Shown: positions 1-9,350, counted from the first letter of the stretch. The stretch: DNA of 64,000 bases from an uncultured Halobacteria archaeon (GCA_963768575.1 CAVYIJ010000001.1:162912-226911), one strand, 5' to 3'. A program made the numbers and translations. Notes: generated by a model from the letters alone, not told the origin.

Positions 1-247
1 CACAGTCGATGCGCACGATGCGCGGTCCGCTTTCGTCATCCGTATACCAGGCGAGTCGTTCTGCAAAGCCATGCCATTGCGGATCATCGATGCGGCGAGT
101 GACGATATCGACGCGGACACCCGCGGCTGCCAGCGCCAGGCAAACCTCCTTGACGTAAACAAGTTGTCCGCCGAAGTCCGGGTGCTCGGTCAGGTAGGAA
201 TCGTCGCGGTCGAAATTACCCTGCGGGTTGAGGAAGGCGAGGTACAT
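1..247 (-). CDS. Sucrose-phosphate synthase-type GT4 glycosyltransferase, N-terminal part (runs off the window edge)
   Basis: Not in the ORF track. Manual translation from ATG at 247 gives MYLAFLNPQGNFDRDDSYLTEHPDFGGQLVYVKEVCLALAAAGVRVDIVTRRIDD, which closely matches my recollection of the N-terminus of Halothermothrix-type SPS. Confidence 0.8.
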   Translation of the reverse strand, partial: MYLAFLNPQGNFDRDDSYLTEHPDFGGQLVYVKEVCLALAAAGVRVDIVTRRIDDPQWHGFAERLAWYTDDESGPRIVRIDC

Positions 248-253
248 GTGTCT

Positions 254-898
254 TCAGCCGGCTATGCTGTAGTCACGGTTTATGATGATATCGGCGCGTT
301 CCCTGTCGGCGGAAATGATTTCGTGCTCGATGACGAGAACCCGGTCGATGAACTCATCGAGTTCGGCGGCATCCCGGTTGCGGCGCTCGCGGTGCTTGCG
401 TGTATCGCGGTAATCGCGGTCGATGAATACGCGCGTTTCCACGTGATCCAGCTTGCTGGTGTAGGTCCCCTCCACGATGGCGACCCTGGCATCCTTCATG
501 TCCAGGATCTCGGTATCGATCCGGTCTTCTTCGTAGATCACCAGCGGCTTTTCGACAGCGGGTTCGTTGTCGATAAAGGCTTCCAGGTGCGCGCTCATCA
601 GGTCCAGCCGGACTTCCTGTGGCCCTGCCCAGCTGATGTCCTTGCGCCGCGTGAGGTCATTGGTCCTGGGTGGATAAAGGAAATAATCATCCTGCTGGAT
701 GATCAGGCAGGGGATTTCGGCAACTTCCAGGTGCCTGGCTATCGCAACCGCGATTTCGGATTTTCCGGCCCCGGACTCGCCTGCGACAGTCATCGTATAT
801 TTTCCGTCGAACAACTGGATCTCAGGCAGGAGTCTTGCGGCAACGCCGATCGCGGCACGGTGGTGATGTTCCTCAATGACAAGGGTGTCGCCCTGCAT
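254..898 (-). CDS. P-loop kinase, uridine kinase/phosphoribulokinase-like family
   Basis: Walker A AGESGAGKS, QDDYF and IVEGTY motifs; RBS GAGG upstream; ends 6 bp before the SPS-like gene. Confidence 0.75.
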   Translation of the reverse strand: MQGDTLVIEEHHHRAAIGVAARLLPEIQLFDGKYTMTVAGESGAGKSEIAVAIARHLEVAEIPCLIIQQDDYFLYPPRTNDLTRRKDISWAGPQEVRLDLMSAHLEAFIDNEPAVEKPLVIYEEDRIDTEILDMKDARVAIVEGTYTSKLDHVETRVFIDRDYRDTRKHRERRNRDAAELDEFIDRVLVIEHEIISADRERADIIINRDYSIAG

Positions 899-997
899 GT
901 TTTCCTCGCTTGATATGGAAGGACTCTTTAGAATCCGGCAACTTAGCCGATATTCTGACTAATTGAAAGCGAAATAGTCTAGCACAGTCGGGTCCGG

Positions 998-2083
998 ATG
1001 GTTCCCGGCCGCGAATGTAACGGAATACTGCACATGCACGGAAATGTGAAAGACAGGCGTCGATACCCCGCACGATGGGCTGCGCTCAATCGTGAGTTGA
1101 AAGCGATCGAGCACTATGACGGTAACCTGCTCGCTGTGGTCGAGCGCCTGCGTGAACACCAGCTCGCGGCGGGTTTCATCCGCGACGATTTGCACGCCGT
1201 GCAATGTTACAGCTTTCCCGACCCGGATAATCCACGGCATTTTTTCTCGGTGCAGTACAACCCGGCCCGGGTCAAGCGCCTGAAGGTCCGCGTCGGCGCC
1301 CTGCCGCCACCGCGCAACGATGCGGTAAATGACGACTGCCTGTTGTGCAGCAACAATATCGAGTGGCAGCACAAGGGTGTTGAAATCGGATATGAAATCG
1401 AGATAAACCGTACGTCGTTCAATATCTGGATGAATGCCTATCCATTGATGCCGGTACATATCGTTGTAGCGACACGGGAACATATGCCGCAAGCATGGGA
1501 CCTGGGCAATGCCGGGCGCAGGTGTTTCGCGATAGACGAAATCGTTGCGAACCTGGCAGCCATTGCGCAGCGCTTGCCGGGTTATATCGGTCTTTACAAT
1601 GGCGATGGCGCCGGTACTTCAGTGCCGGAACATTTCCACTACCAGTTGTTCAAGCGCCGTAATGCTGCCGAGCGGTTCCCGCTCGAACTTGCCCCGGTCC
1701 GCCAGGTCGCCGACCTTCTCTGCGTGGTCGAAGACTACCCGGTGGATGCCGTGCGCTGGTCGGGCGACGATGCTTACGAGGTAATCATGCGCGCCACGGC
1801 ATGGATCAACGAATGGCTCGTTGCAAACATGGAGGCACGTCCAACCCTGTCCGCCAATATCTTCGCCATGACCGATAGATCCGGTGAACGCCTGCAGATA
1901 TATTTCGTGCCGCGTGACAAGGCGCAGGGACACTCGCCGCATATGGCTGGAATGGTCGGTAGCCTGGAAATCCTGGGTGAACTGGTATTGACGACCGAGA
2001 ACGAGAAGCTCGATCTCGACCGGGGTAAACTGGACTACCGGTCAATTGCCCGCATCCTTGCCGATGTTCGCGTATCCCTGTAG
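998..2083 (+). CDS. HIT/GalT-superfamily nucleotidyltransferase or phosphorylase (DUF4922 / GDP-glucose phosphorylase-like)
   Basis: Motifs QYNPARV, CLLC, NAYPLMPVH, H-x-PQ, and YNG..AGTSVPEHFHYQ (HxHxQ catalytic motif). True start may be 1034. Confidence 0.65.
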   Translation: MVPGRECNGILHMHGNVKDRRRYPARWAALNRELKAIEHYDGNLLAVVERLREHQLAAGFIRDDLHAVQCYSFPDPDNPRHFFSVQYNPARVKRLKVRVGALPPPRNDAVNDDCLLCSNNIEWQHKGVEIGYEIEINRTSFNIWMNAYPLMPVHIVVATREHMPQAWDLGNAGRRCFAIDEIVANLAAIAQRLPGYIGLYNGDGAGTSVPEHFHYQLFKRRNAAERFPLELAPVRQVADLLCVVEDYPVDAVRWSGDDAYEVIMRATAWINEWLVANMEARPTLSANIFAMTDRSGERLQIYFVPRDKAQGHSPHMAGMVGSLEILGELVLTTENEKLDLDRGKLDYRSIARILADVRVSL

Positions 2084-2227
2084 TTTTTCAGCACGCTGAC
2101 TGTCACAGGCGTTCGGCGCATTCCTGCGCGTGGTCGTTCACAGCAAACCGCCTGAATTCGGGATACAGGGTTCCGGGCGCGGGTGTGCGCAGCTGACGGG
2201 GACCGATGTCGAGGACCGGCCGCGCGG

Positions 2228-2632
2228 CTATTCGGCCTTGAAGCCGAACGCCCGGTCGTGTACGTATACCAGCTTGCAGTCCTCGAGATACTTCGCGTCA
2301 TGAATGCGTCCGCCGCGTATATACCCGGTATCGCCCTTTTCCAGCATTAGCGGTTCGCCATCCTCGACCAGGCTACCGCCGTCGCGCACAAAAAACTGTA
2401 CCGCCATCTTTCCCTCGATGACGACGGTCATGTCATCACCCGGGTGCGAATGCGGTGGTTCCGCGCTACCGGCTTCCCACTGCTCCAGCATGACCTCCAC
2501 GCCATCGGGATTGGCCGGTACGGTGGTCCTGACGGTGAATCCCGCCGGGGTATCCGGAACAGTGACGTGATTGCCCCAGATAGCGCTGGTTGCGGATGTT
2601 ACGACGTTATTATTGCCCGGATTGCTGGACAT
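2228..2632 (-). CDS. Cupin domain protein
   Basis: PHSHPGDD..VIEGKM and GD..YI.GGRIH cupin motifs; AGGAG RBS. Confidence 0.75.
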   Translation of the reverse strand: MSSNPGNNNVVTSATSAIWGNHVTVPDTPAGFTVRTTVPANPDGVEVMLEQWEAGSAEPPHSHPGDDMTVVIEGKMAVQFFVRDGGSLVEDGEPLMLEKGDTGYIRGGRIHDAKYLEDCKLVYVHDRAFGFKAE

Positions 2633-2784
2633 GCTGATCTCCTGTCAGGATTGATGGTTTACGCGACGACGCCTGGCAATTGTAGCCAATGAGAGTATGC
2701 ACAGCCACCTGTTCCCGATCGAGTGGCGCCGGGCGGACCCGGCAAATCGATTCGCGAACAGCGCGGCAATGGACGTCATTCCGG

Positions 2785-3315
2785 CTATGCAATAATTTTA
2801 TACGAACCGACCGGGAGATCGTCGAGTGACCAGCCGGCGACCCGGTGACGGATGAGGCGCAGCGTGGGATAGCCCAGGTATGCCGTCATACGGCGCACCT
2901 GCCGGTTACGGCCTTCGCTAATGGTCAGGTCCAGCCAGCAGGTCGGTATCTGTTTACGTACACGGATTGGCGGGTCGCGTGGCCAGATATCGGGCGGCGC
3001 GATCAGTTCCGCGCTTGCCGGACGTGTCATGCCATCCCTGAGCGGGATGCCCGCGCGCAGCTGCTGCAGGCTTTGCGTGTCCGGCACACCCTCCACCTGT
3101 ACCCAGTAGCCTTTTTCCTTGCCGTGCCGCGGGTTGCTGATACGTTGTTGCAGGCGCCCGTCATCGGTCAGGACCAGCAGGCCCTCGCTGTCATAGTCGA
3201 GCCGGCCCGCACAATACACGTCGGGTATATCGATATAGTCCGCCAGCGTTGCCTTGTCGCTCCCGGTCGTGAATTGCGACAGGACGCGACAGGGTTTATT
3301 GAACAGGACGATCAT
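2785..3315 (-). CDS. rluE: 23S rRNA pseudouridine synthase RluE-type
   Basis: FNKP, AGRLDYDSEGLL (catalytic Asp) and EGRNRQVRRM motifs; no S4 domain. Confidence 0.85.
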   Translation of the reverse strand: MIVLFNKPCRVLSQFTTGSDKATLADYIDIPDVYCAGRLDYDSEGLLVLTDDGRLQQRISNPRHGKEKGYWVQVEGVPDTQSLQQLRAGIPLRDGMTRPASAELIAPPDIWPRDPPIRVRKQIPTCWLDLTISEGRNRQVRRMTAYLGYPTLRLIRHRVAGWSLDDLPVGSYKIIA

Positions 3316-3435
3316 AGGCTGTAAATGTTAACCGTTCTCAATTAAAAAGCCCTTTCCGGCTTGCAGTAACCTGCCTGTTACTTGTTACACTACCGGCAAG
3401 ACCAAATCTGACAATCACCCCGGGGACGGTAGAAA

Positions 3436-3930
3436 ATGGACAACGGCGTAATGAATATCATGATTCTGGTGCTGGTTCTTTTGTGTTTCTGGATCTTTCT
3501 TCTGTGGATGAATTCGCGCAAGCTGCGCAGTGGCATCAACCTGGTTGCCCGACAACATAATCTCCTCAGGACCGACGATCGGGCATGCGATCTTTGCCGC
3601 GCCATACACCTGATTAACCCGGATGTCACGGCCGGCGTTGATTATGTCATCCGCCACGATAATCCCCAACAGGAACCCGTGATTGCCGAATGGAAGGCCG
3701 ATGCCCCCATGCCGACCACCGAACAGATCAGGTCGGCGCTGACAGAACTCGCGGATGTCCATCACGAGGAAGATTACGCAGACATGCGCCAGGCGGAATA
3801 CCCGACCGTAGGCGAGCAACTGGAAGCCGCCTACGAGGCCCGTCAGGGCAATACTGCAAAACAACTGGAGCTGGACGAGAAGATCAGGCGTGTACGGGAA
3901 AAGTACCCGAAGGTGGACGAATGCCTGTAG
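3436..3930 (+). CDS. Membrane-anchored protein with XkdW / phage tail-fibre-assembly-like domain
   Basis: N-terminal hydrophobic helix, then AIHLINP..GVDY..IAEW..PMPT.EQ and R.AEYPT.GEQL...REKYPK motifs resembling phage tail-associated proteins. Confidence 0.55.
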   Translation: MDNGVMNIMILVLVLLCFWIFLLWMNSRKLRSGINLVARQHNLLRTDDRACDLCRAIHLINPDVTAGVDYVIRHDNPQQEPVIAEWKADAPMPTTEQIRSALTELADVHHEEDYADMRQAEYPTVGEQLEAAYEARQGNTAKQLELDEKIRRVREKYPKVDECL

Positions 3931-4223
3931 CGGTTCCGGTCTTTAGAATGGCGTTGCTAGCACCCTTATCCTTGCGCAAGTCGCTCTTCGTATCTCTCTG
4001 TTAAAAAAATAAAAAAATAGCGGTGATCTTCGTGGCAGACGCGCGGCGAAAAGGTGTCTCTGTCTGGAGACAGGCCGCAGGCTTTCATTGCCGGCATTTC
4101 CTGTTGTCAACAGCAATTCCGTCGTTGAAACACGACAATATTCAGTAACTCCGCACGGCCTGCACACGCACGCACGGCAAGACAAAACGTTATCAGCTTG
4201 TTACTTATCGGCTTCCTGCCGGT

Positions 4224-4239
4224 TGGCCTGTTTTTTGCT
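4224..4239 (+). promoter_or_regulatory. Putative sigma54 (-24/-12) promoter
   Basis: TGGCCTGTTTTTTGCT: GG-N10-GC with TGGC and TTGC cores, about 65 bp upstream of the EF-hand gene. Confidence 0.55.
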
Positions 4240-4304
4240 ATCTGCAGAGTGCGCATGTGCGCAAAATTCCTTCTGAAATAGATCAAGTGAATCTGGAGAA
4301 CTTA

Positions 4305-4571
4305 ATGAAGAAACAAACAATCGCAGCAATCATTTTCGCCAGCCTGAGCAGCCTGGCCATTGCCGAAGAAGCCACCGTGATCCCGTTCAACGATCTGGAC
4401 ATGAACCAGGACGATGCCCTGAGCGCCGATGAGGTCAGCTCCATGCCCGGCATTACCGATCAGTGGGCAACACTCGATGCGGATGGCAACGGTATGCTTA
4501 CGCGTGGTGAGTACGCCGGATACAATACCCCGGCACCGGCCGCGGGTACCGACACCAGCGACGCCAAGTAA
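4305..4571 (+). CDS. Small secreted EF-hand (Ca2+-binding) protein
   Basis: Signal peptide ending AIA-EE; two EF loops DMNQDDALSADE and DADGNGMLTRGE; GGAG RBS. Confidence 0.8.
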   Translation: MKKQTIAAIIFASLSSLAIAEEATVIPFNDLDMNQDDALSADEVSSMPGITDQWATLDADGNGMLTRGEYAGYNTPAPAAGTDTSDAK

Positions 4572-4586
4572 CGCCTGTTTAGTCGC

Positions 4587-4631
4587 GGGGCCGATAGCAG
4601 GCCGGACAATTTCCGGCCTGCTATCGGCCCC
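4587..4631. terminator. 20-bp perfect inverted repeat between convergent genes (probable bidirectional terminator)
   Basis: ggggccgatagcaggccgga-caatt-tccggcctgctatcggcccc. Confidence 0.6.
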
Positions 4632-4709
4632 CGCTTCTATTATTATTGCCTGGGCCGGCGCCATGCCGGTTTGCCCGCATCCCCGATCATCCTGTTCTAA
4701 CCAGCGAAT

Positions 4710-5054
4710 TTACTGCTCGACGCATTCCGTGCAGCGCGTCGTCGCCGGATCGAAGGACAGGCGGCGGTGGTCGATCGCTTCCCCGCATATAAAACAGTCG
4801 CCGTATTCACCCGATTCAATTCGACGCAGGGCGCCCTCGATCTGCAGCAGACGCTGCTTGCGTCGCCGGGCGGTTTCCAGCGCCATTTGTTGTGCCTGCA
4901 AGGCATCCATGCGTGAAAGCCTGCCAACCCTGGCCTGGTCCAGCTCGACGGTCTCGCTGCTCTGCCTGGATGTTTCATCCATCTGTTCGAGCTCTGCCCG
5001 CAGACCGAGCAGTTGTTGCCGGGCGTCCTCAAGTCGTGCGTGGTTCATTGTCAC
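4710..5054 (-). CDS. TraR/DksA family C4 zinc-finger protein
   Basis: Coiled coil with ELDQARVGRLSRMDALQ, then YGDCFICGEAI..RL...P...CTEC. Confidence 0.85.
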   Translation of the reverse strand: MTMNHARLEDARQQLLGLRAELEQMDETSRQSSETVELDQARVGRLSRMDALQAQQMALETARRRKQRLLQIEGALRRIESGEYGDCFICGEAIDHRRLSFDPATTRCTECVEQ

Positions 5055-5134
5055 CCGATGTCCTGCTTATCGCGGGTGAGCGGTGCGGCTAACATTAGCC
5101 CGGAATGTGCGCAAACACCCTGTCCCGCGATTAT

Positions 5135-5893
5135 TCATTCGATGAAAATGTCCCTGTAGGCGACATGGATCGAGGCGACCAGCGTCGGTAACAGCACCAG
5201 CAGTCCGAGCATCAGCGGGATAACGGCAAGGATATACAGCACCAGCGCGATCAGGCCGTAGACAAGAAACGCCAGCATGTTCTTCAGGCAACCGCTGAAG
5301 CTCAGTTTCATGGCCGCTATCAGCGGCATATCGTTAAGCACGATCAGGGCCGGCGCAAACCAGACGGCCATTATCAGCGGGACCATGATCAGCATGGCAA
5401 GCAGGAGCGGCAGCAGGATGCTGCCGGGATCTGGCATGGACTCCATCATTTCCGCGCCCGGTTGAAAATCGCTCTCCATCATTTCCAGGTAGAACGGTCC
5501 CATGGCGATGAGTCCTATGCCGAGAGTGACGACTGTATAGACCAGTGACAGCAGGACCAGCCTGCCGGCATTGTTGGAAAATCCGGCGAACAGGTGTTTG
5601 ATTTCGAATTTTTCACCCCGGGACTGCGCCTCGCAGCCAAGCATGAGACCACCGAGCCAAACATACGTACTCAGCATCAGCACGAGCTGGCCAAGCAGGG
5701 GAATCAGGCTCAGTACGATCATGATCACAAGCCCAATGACGAGAACAGCGATCCATTGCATCGGAAACTTCAGGAAATAATCGAAGCCGTCCCTTATCCA
5801 GCCCCAGCCCCTGCCGGCAGGGTTGGAGCGAGGAACAGCCAGCAGCTTCGAATCCGCCGGCCCGGATTGATCGATAGTTTGTTCTTCCGTCAT
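5135..5893 (-). CDS. Integral membrane protein (BPSS1780-like)
   Basis: GRGWGWIRDGF N-terminal motif, several TM helices, FAPAL and C-terminal YRDIF. Confidence 0.7.
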   Translation of the reverse strand: MTEEQTIDQSGPADSKLLAVPRSNPAGRGWGWIRDGFDYFLKFPMQWIAVLVIGLVIMIVLSLIPLLGQLVLMLSTYVWLGGLMLGCEAQSRGEKFEIKHLFAGFSNNAGRLVLLSLVYTVVTLGIGLIAMGPFYLEMMESDFQPGAEMMESMPDPGSILLPLLLAMLIMVPLIMAVWFAPALIVLNDMPLIAAMKLSFSGCLKNMLAFLVYGLIALVLYILAVIPLMLGLLVLLPTLVASIHVAYRDIFIE

Positions 5894-6055
5894 GCGTGCT
5901 TTCCCCGTTCAACTGTTGTAAGCGCCCATTGTCCACTATCGGGGTGTGATCCCGCCAGTCCCGGCGGTAACCGGCCATAGCCCGCTTTTTCCGGTAAATT
6001 GCACACTGCGCGGTCCGCTCATGATTTGACCGCTGCAATTCGTTAATATAACAGC

Positions 6056-6610
6056 ATGGCGATACGACAGGTCTTGTACATGGGCGACCCGCGCTTGCTG
6101 GAGATCGCACGTCCGGTCAAAATATTTGACACCCCGGAGCTGCATGCCCTGGTGACGGACCTGATGGATACCATGCAGGCGGAGGACGGCGCCGGGCTGG
6201 CGGCCCCGCAGATCGGCGTCGGCCTGCGTGTCGTGGTGTTCGGTTTCGATGCCAATCCACGCTATCCCGAGGCGGATGCCGTACCGCAGACCGTGCTGGT
6301 GAACCCGGTGATCGAGCCCCTGGCGGACGATCAGGATGAAGACTGGGAAGGTTGTCTCAGCGTGCCGGGCCTGCGCGGCGTCGTGCCGCGCTATACACGG
6401 ATTCGTTATCGAGGTTTCGATCCGCACGGTGTGCCGATCGAGCGCGACGCGCACGGCTTCCACGCCCGGGTGGTGCAGCACGAGTGCGATCACCTGGACG
6501 GGATACTGTATCCGCAGCGCATGAAGGACCTGCGCCGATTTGGTTACACGCAGGTATTACAGGCCGGTGGAGACGGCGCGGCCATGCCCTGCGACACCCC
6601 GGCGGAATAA
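6056..6610 (+). CDS. def: Peptide deformylase
   Basis: All three PDF motifs: [24 protein letters not shown]. Confidence 0.92.
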   Translation: MAIRQVLYMGDPRLLEIARPVKIFDTPELHALVTDLMDTMQAEDGAGLAAPQIGVGLRVVVFGFDANPRYPEADAVPQTVLVNPVIEPLADDQDEDWEGCLSVPGLRGVVPRYTRIRYRGFDPHGVPIERDAHGFHARVVQHECDHLDGILYPQRMKDLRRFGYTQVLQAGGDGAAMPCDTPAE

Positions 6611-6613
6611 GGC

Positions 6614-7312
6614 ATGGCCGTGGAAAACGCACCGGGGGGCGCAGTGGCGGTCCCGGAGCGCGTCGTCCTGTTCGGCAGCGAGGGCGGCTTTTCCCGGCCA
6701 CTGCTGGCGCAATTACTGGCGCGCGGGGTTACGGTTGCCGCCGTGGTCATGCCGGGCGTGAACGTAGCGTGCGTGCGTGACGGGTTTCCAGTCGGCGTGG
6801 AACAGCAAGGCGATCGGTCCGGTCTGGCGGGTCTTGCGGCAAATAACCAGGTGCCCGTTATCAGGATTCAGGATTGCCATGAGCGCCGGCTGGCGGACGC
6901 GCTTGCCGCGCTGGGTGTCGACGTACTGCTGGTGGCCTGCTTTCCCTGGAAAGTGCCGCGATCGATCCGGCAACTGCCGCGGCTGGCCTGCTGGAACCTG
7001 CACCCGTCGCTGTTGCCGGCCTACCGGGGACCGGCGCCGCTGTACTGGCAATTGCGCAAGGGGGAAACCGCAACCGGACTGACCTTGCATGAAGTCAGCG
7101 GACAGCTGGATACGGGCAATATCGTTGCGCAGCAAGCACAGTCGTTACCGGCAGTGACAGACGGGCTGGCACTGAATGAATGGGTAGCCGGGACCGGTGC
7201 GCAATTATTTATCGAGGCACTGGCGCGTCTGCGTGAAGGGCGGCTGGTGTCCGTACCGCAGGACGAGTCGGCGGCGAGTTATTATCCGTACCCGGATGCG
7301 GCGGAGCGCTGA
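6614..7312 (+). CDS. Formyltransferase (Fmt-like catalytic domain only)
   Basis: NLHPSLLPAYRGPAP and LDTG motifs; 232 aa, lacks the Fmt C-terminal tRNA-binding domain. Confidence 0.75.
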   Translation: MAVENAPGGAVAVPERVVLFGSEGGFSRPLLAQLLARGVTVAAVVMPGVNVACVRDGFPVGVEQQGDRSGLAGLAANNQVPVIRIQDCHERRLADALAALGVDVLLVACFPWKVPRSIRQLPRLACWNLHPSLLPAYRGPAPLYWQLRKGETATGLTLHEVSGQLDTGNIVAQQAQSLPAVTDGLALNEWVAGTGAQLFIEALARLREGRLVSVPQDESAASYYPYPDAAER

Positions 7313-7341
7313 GGCGGGATCGACAGGGTCAACCGCCGGGT

Positions 7342-7881
7342 TTATTGACAGACAGGGAAAAGCGTTTTATCCACGCTGACCTCGCGGCACTCGCCGCTGG
7401 TATAGGTCATCCGGTTGTGGCTTTCGCTTGCCTCGCGCTCATCCTGCTCCATGCCCAGTAATTGCCGTGCAAGACTGCAAGCTTCGGTATCTTCACACTG
7501 GTTATCCATGCCGCACGTTTGCTGGACCAGTTTCTCGCATGGCGAGTAGCCGACGATCAGCATACCCTCCCACTGTGCGGCTTTCGGTATTGGCCGCTTG
7601 CGGGTATCGACGACGGATTCCTTCGGCACACTGACGCCCTGCCTGATGATGAGAACGGAACCGTCCTCCATCAGGTGGGTGCCGTCCCACAAGGGAGCGC
7701 TCACCCCGTCGCGGGTGATGGTGGCACGGTTGGTATTCGGGTCCACCGTGACAGTACCGCCGCCTTGCAAGCCGGAGTCTGCAGCAGCGGGAAATACCGG
7801 CAACAACATGAGTATCAATGCCAGCAGTGACAACAGCGGTATTGCATATATCATCCGTGGAGTCTTGCGGACGGTATACAT
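7342..7881 (-). CDS. Hypothetical secreted protein with a 6-Cys C-terminal domain
   Basis: Signal peptide ending PAAA-D; ATG 1 nt after the upstream gene's stop (alternative start 7854). Confidence 0.6.
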   Translation of the reverse strand: MYTVRKTPRMIYAIPLLSLLALILMLLPVFPAAADSGLQGGGTVTVDPNTNRATITRDGVSAPLWDGTHLMEDGSVLIIRQGVSVPKESVVDTRKRPIPKAAQWEGMLIVGYSPCEKLVQQTCGMDNQCEDTEACSLARQLLGMEQDEREASESHNRMTYTSGECREVSVDKTLFPVCQ

Positions 7882-7882
7882 T

Positions 7883-8197
7883 TCAGTCGGAAAATCTGTG
7901 CAGAAATTTTTCAAGGTCCTGTACCCTGCCATTTGCCAATTCGACACCTTCTTGCAGCAGCAGTTCGGCTTTTTTATCTGCGCCGAGTGCGTACTGGCCA
8001 ATCGCCCCGTCACTGCGAACCACCCTGTGACAGGGTATATTGAACAGGTTTTTATTTTTTGCCATCGCGCTGCCGACGGCCCGCCAGGCCCTGCTATGCA
8101 ATGCGCTGGCGATCTCACTGTAGGTAGTGACCTTGCCTTCCGGGATAAGCTTGAGTAATTCATAGCATTTTTCGTTGAAACCAGTCTCGCTGTTCAT
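7883..8197 (-). CDS. O6-alkylguanine DNA alkyltransferase-family (MGMT) single-domain protein
   Basis: IPEGKVTTY..IA..L.SRAWRAVG and the active-site IPCHRVV. Confidence 0.85.
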   Translation of the reverse strand: MNSETGFNEKCYELLKLIPEGKVTTYSEIASALHSRAWRAVGSAMAKNKNLFNIPCHRVVRSDGAIGQYALGADKKAELLLQEGVELANGRVQDLEKFLHRFSD

Positions 8198-8249
8198 GTG
8201 ATTTACCCCTTCTGGTCCAGTACCGGCGCGTGCCCTGGCAACCCTTATT

Positions 8250-9350
8250 CTACACGGAAGCAGCCGCTTTATACGGCATATAGTCCGTATAACCACGGGC
8301 CCCCGGGGTATACCATAGCGACATATCCTCGGCAGGATTGAGCGGCCAGTGATTCCTGAAACGCTCCGGCAAGTCGGGATTGGTGATGAACGGCCGGCCG
8401 AAGGCTATGAGGTCTGCATGCCCGTCCGCCAGCCTCTCTTCAGCGCTTTCCCGGGTATAGCCGCAATTGCCTATAATGATTCCCCGGTAGACAGGCCTGA
8501 ACTCCGCCAGGGTCATCGGCTCCCCCTTTTCATGAAAGCCGAAGGCCAGGCCATCCATGATATGCAGATAGCCAAGCTTTAACCTGTTTATTTCTTCTGC
8601 CGCATACAGGTAGGTTTCCCTGAAATCGTCACTGCCCATATCATTGAAGATGCCGTTGGGTGAAATGCGTGCGCCGACCTGCTCCGCCGGCCACACCTCC
8701 AGTACAGCTTCGAGCACCTCCCTGAAAAAACGGAACCGGTTCTCCAGGCTGCCGCCATATTCGTCGTCGCGGTGATTCGTCCTTGATTCGAGGAATTGAT
8801 TGATCAAATAGCCGTTGGCGCCGTGCACTTCCACCCCGGAAAAACCGGCTTCCCTGGCATTTATTGCTGCCTGCCGGTAATCATTCACGGTGGTCCTGAT
8901 TTCATCCACCGTCAGGGCTCGAGGCGTCTCGTAAGGCTTGCTGCCGAGCGGTGTCTGGATGTGATCGCCGTTGAGCCTGATAGCCGAAGCGGAGACCGGC
9001 AATTCGCCATTATGAAAGTCGCTGTGCGAGGCCCGCCCGCAATGCCACAGCTGGAGGAACACGGGCGTGCCGGTCGGTTTGACTTTTTGCGTAACCTTTC
9101 GCCAGCCCGCGACCATTTCATTCGTGTAGATCCCCGGCGAATCGATCCAGCCATTACCCTGTGCAGAAACCACGGTTGCCTCGGTGATGATCAGGCCGGC
9201 CGTGGACCGCTGGTAATAATACTCAGCCATTATGTCATTCGGGATACGCTTCGCTCCGGCGCGCCCGCGCGTCATGGGCGCCAGGACAATCCTGTTCTTC
9301 AGGTGAAGACTGCCCATGGAGAGTGGTTCAAACAAGTCAATCGCTTTCAT
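8250..9350 (-). CDS. Old yellow enzyme family alkene reductase (NemA-like)
   Basis: APMTR, QLWHCGRASH, EVHGANGYLINQF and FGRPFITNPDL motifs. Confidence 0.9.
   Translation of the reverse strand: MKAIDLFEPLSMGSLHLKNRIVLAPMTRGRAGAKRIPNDIMAEYYYQRSTAGLIITEATVVSAQGNGWIDSPGIYTNEMVAGWRKVTQKVKPTGTPVFLQLWHCGRASHSDFHNGELPVSASAIRLNGDHIQTPLGSKPYETPRALTVDEIRTTVNDYRQAAINAREAGFSGVEVHGANGYLINQFLESRTNHRDDEYGGSLENRFRFFREVLEAVLEVWPAEQVGARISPNGIFNDMGSDDFRETYLYAAEEINRLKLGYLHIMDGLAFGFHEKGEPMTLAEFRPVYRGIIIGNCGYTRESAEERLADGHADLIAFGRPFITNPDLPERFRNHWPLNPAEDMSLWYTPGARGYTDYMPYKAAASV

Noticed and set aside
71-913. 280-aa + strand ORF
   Set aside because: It lies antisense to the kinase and SPS-like genes, both of which have clear family motifs.
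927-953. Sigma28-like promoter before the HIT-like gene (TTTA-N15-GCCGATAT)
   Set aside because: Both boxes mismatch the consensus and there is no motility context; too weak to call.
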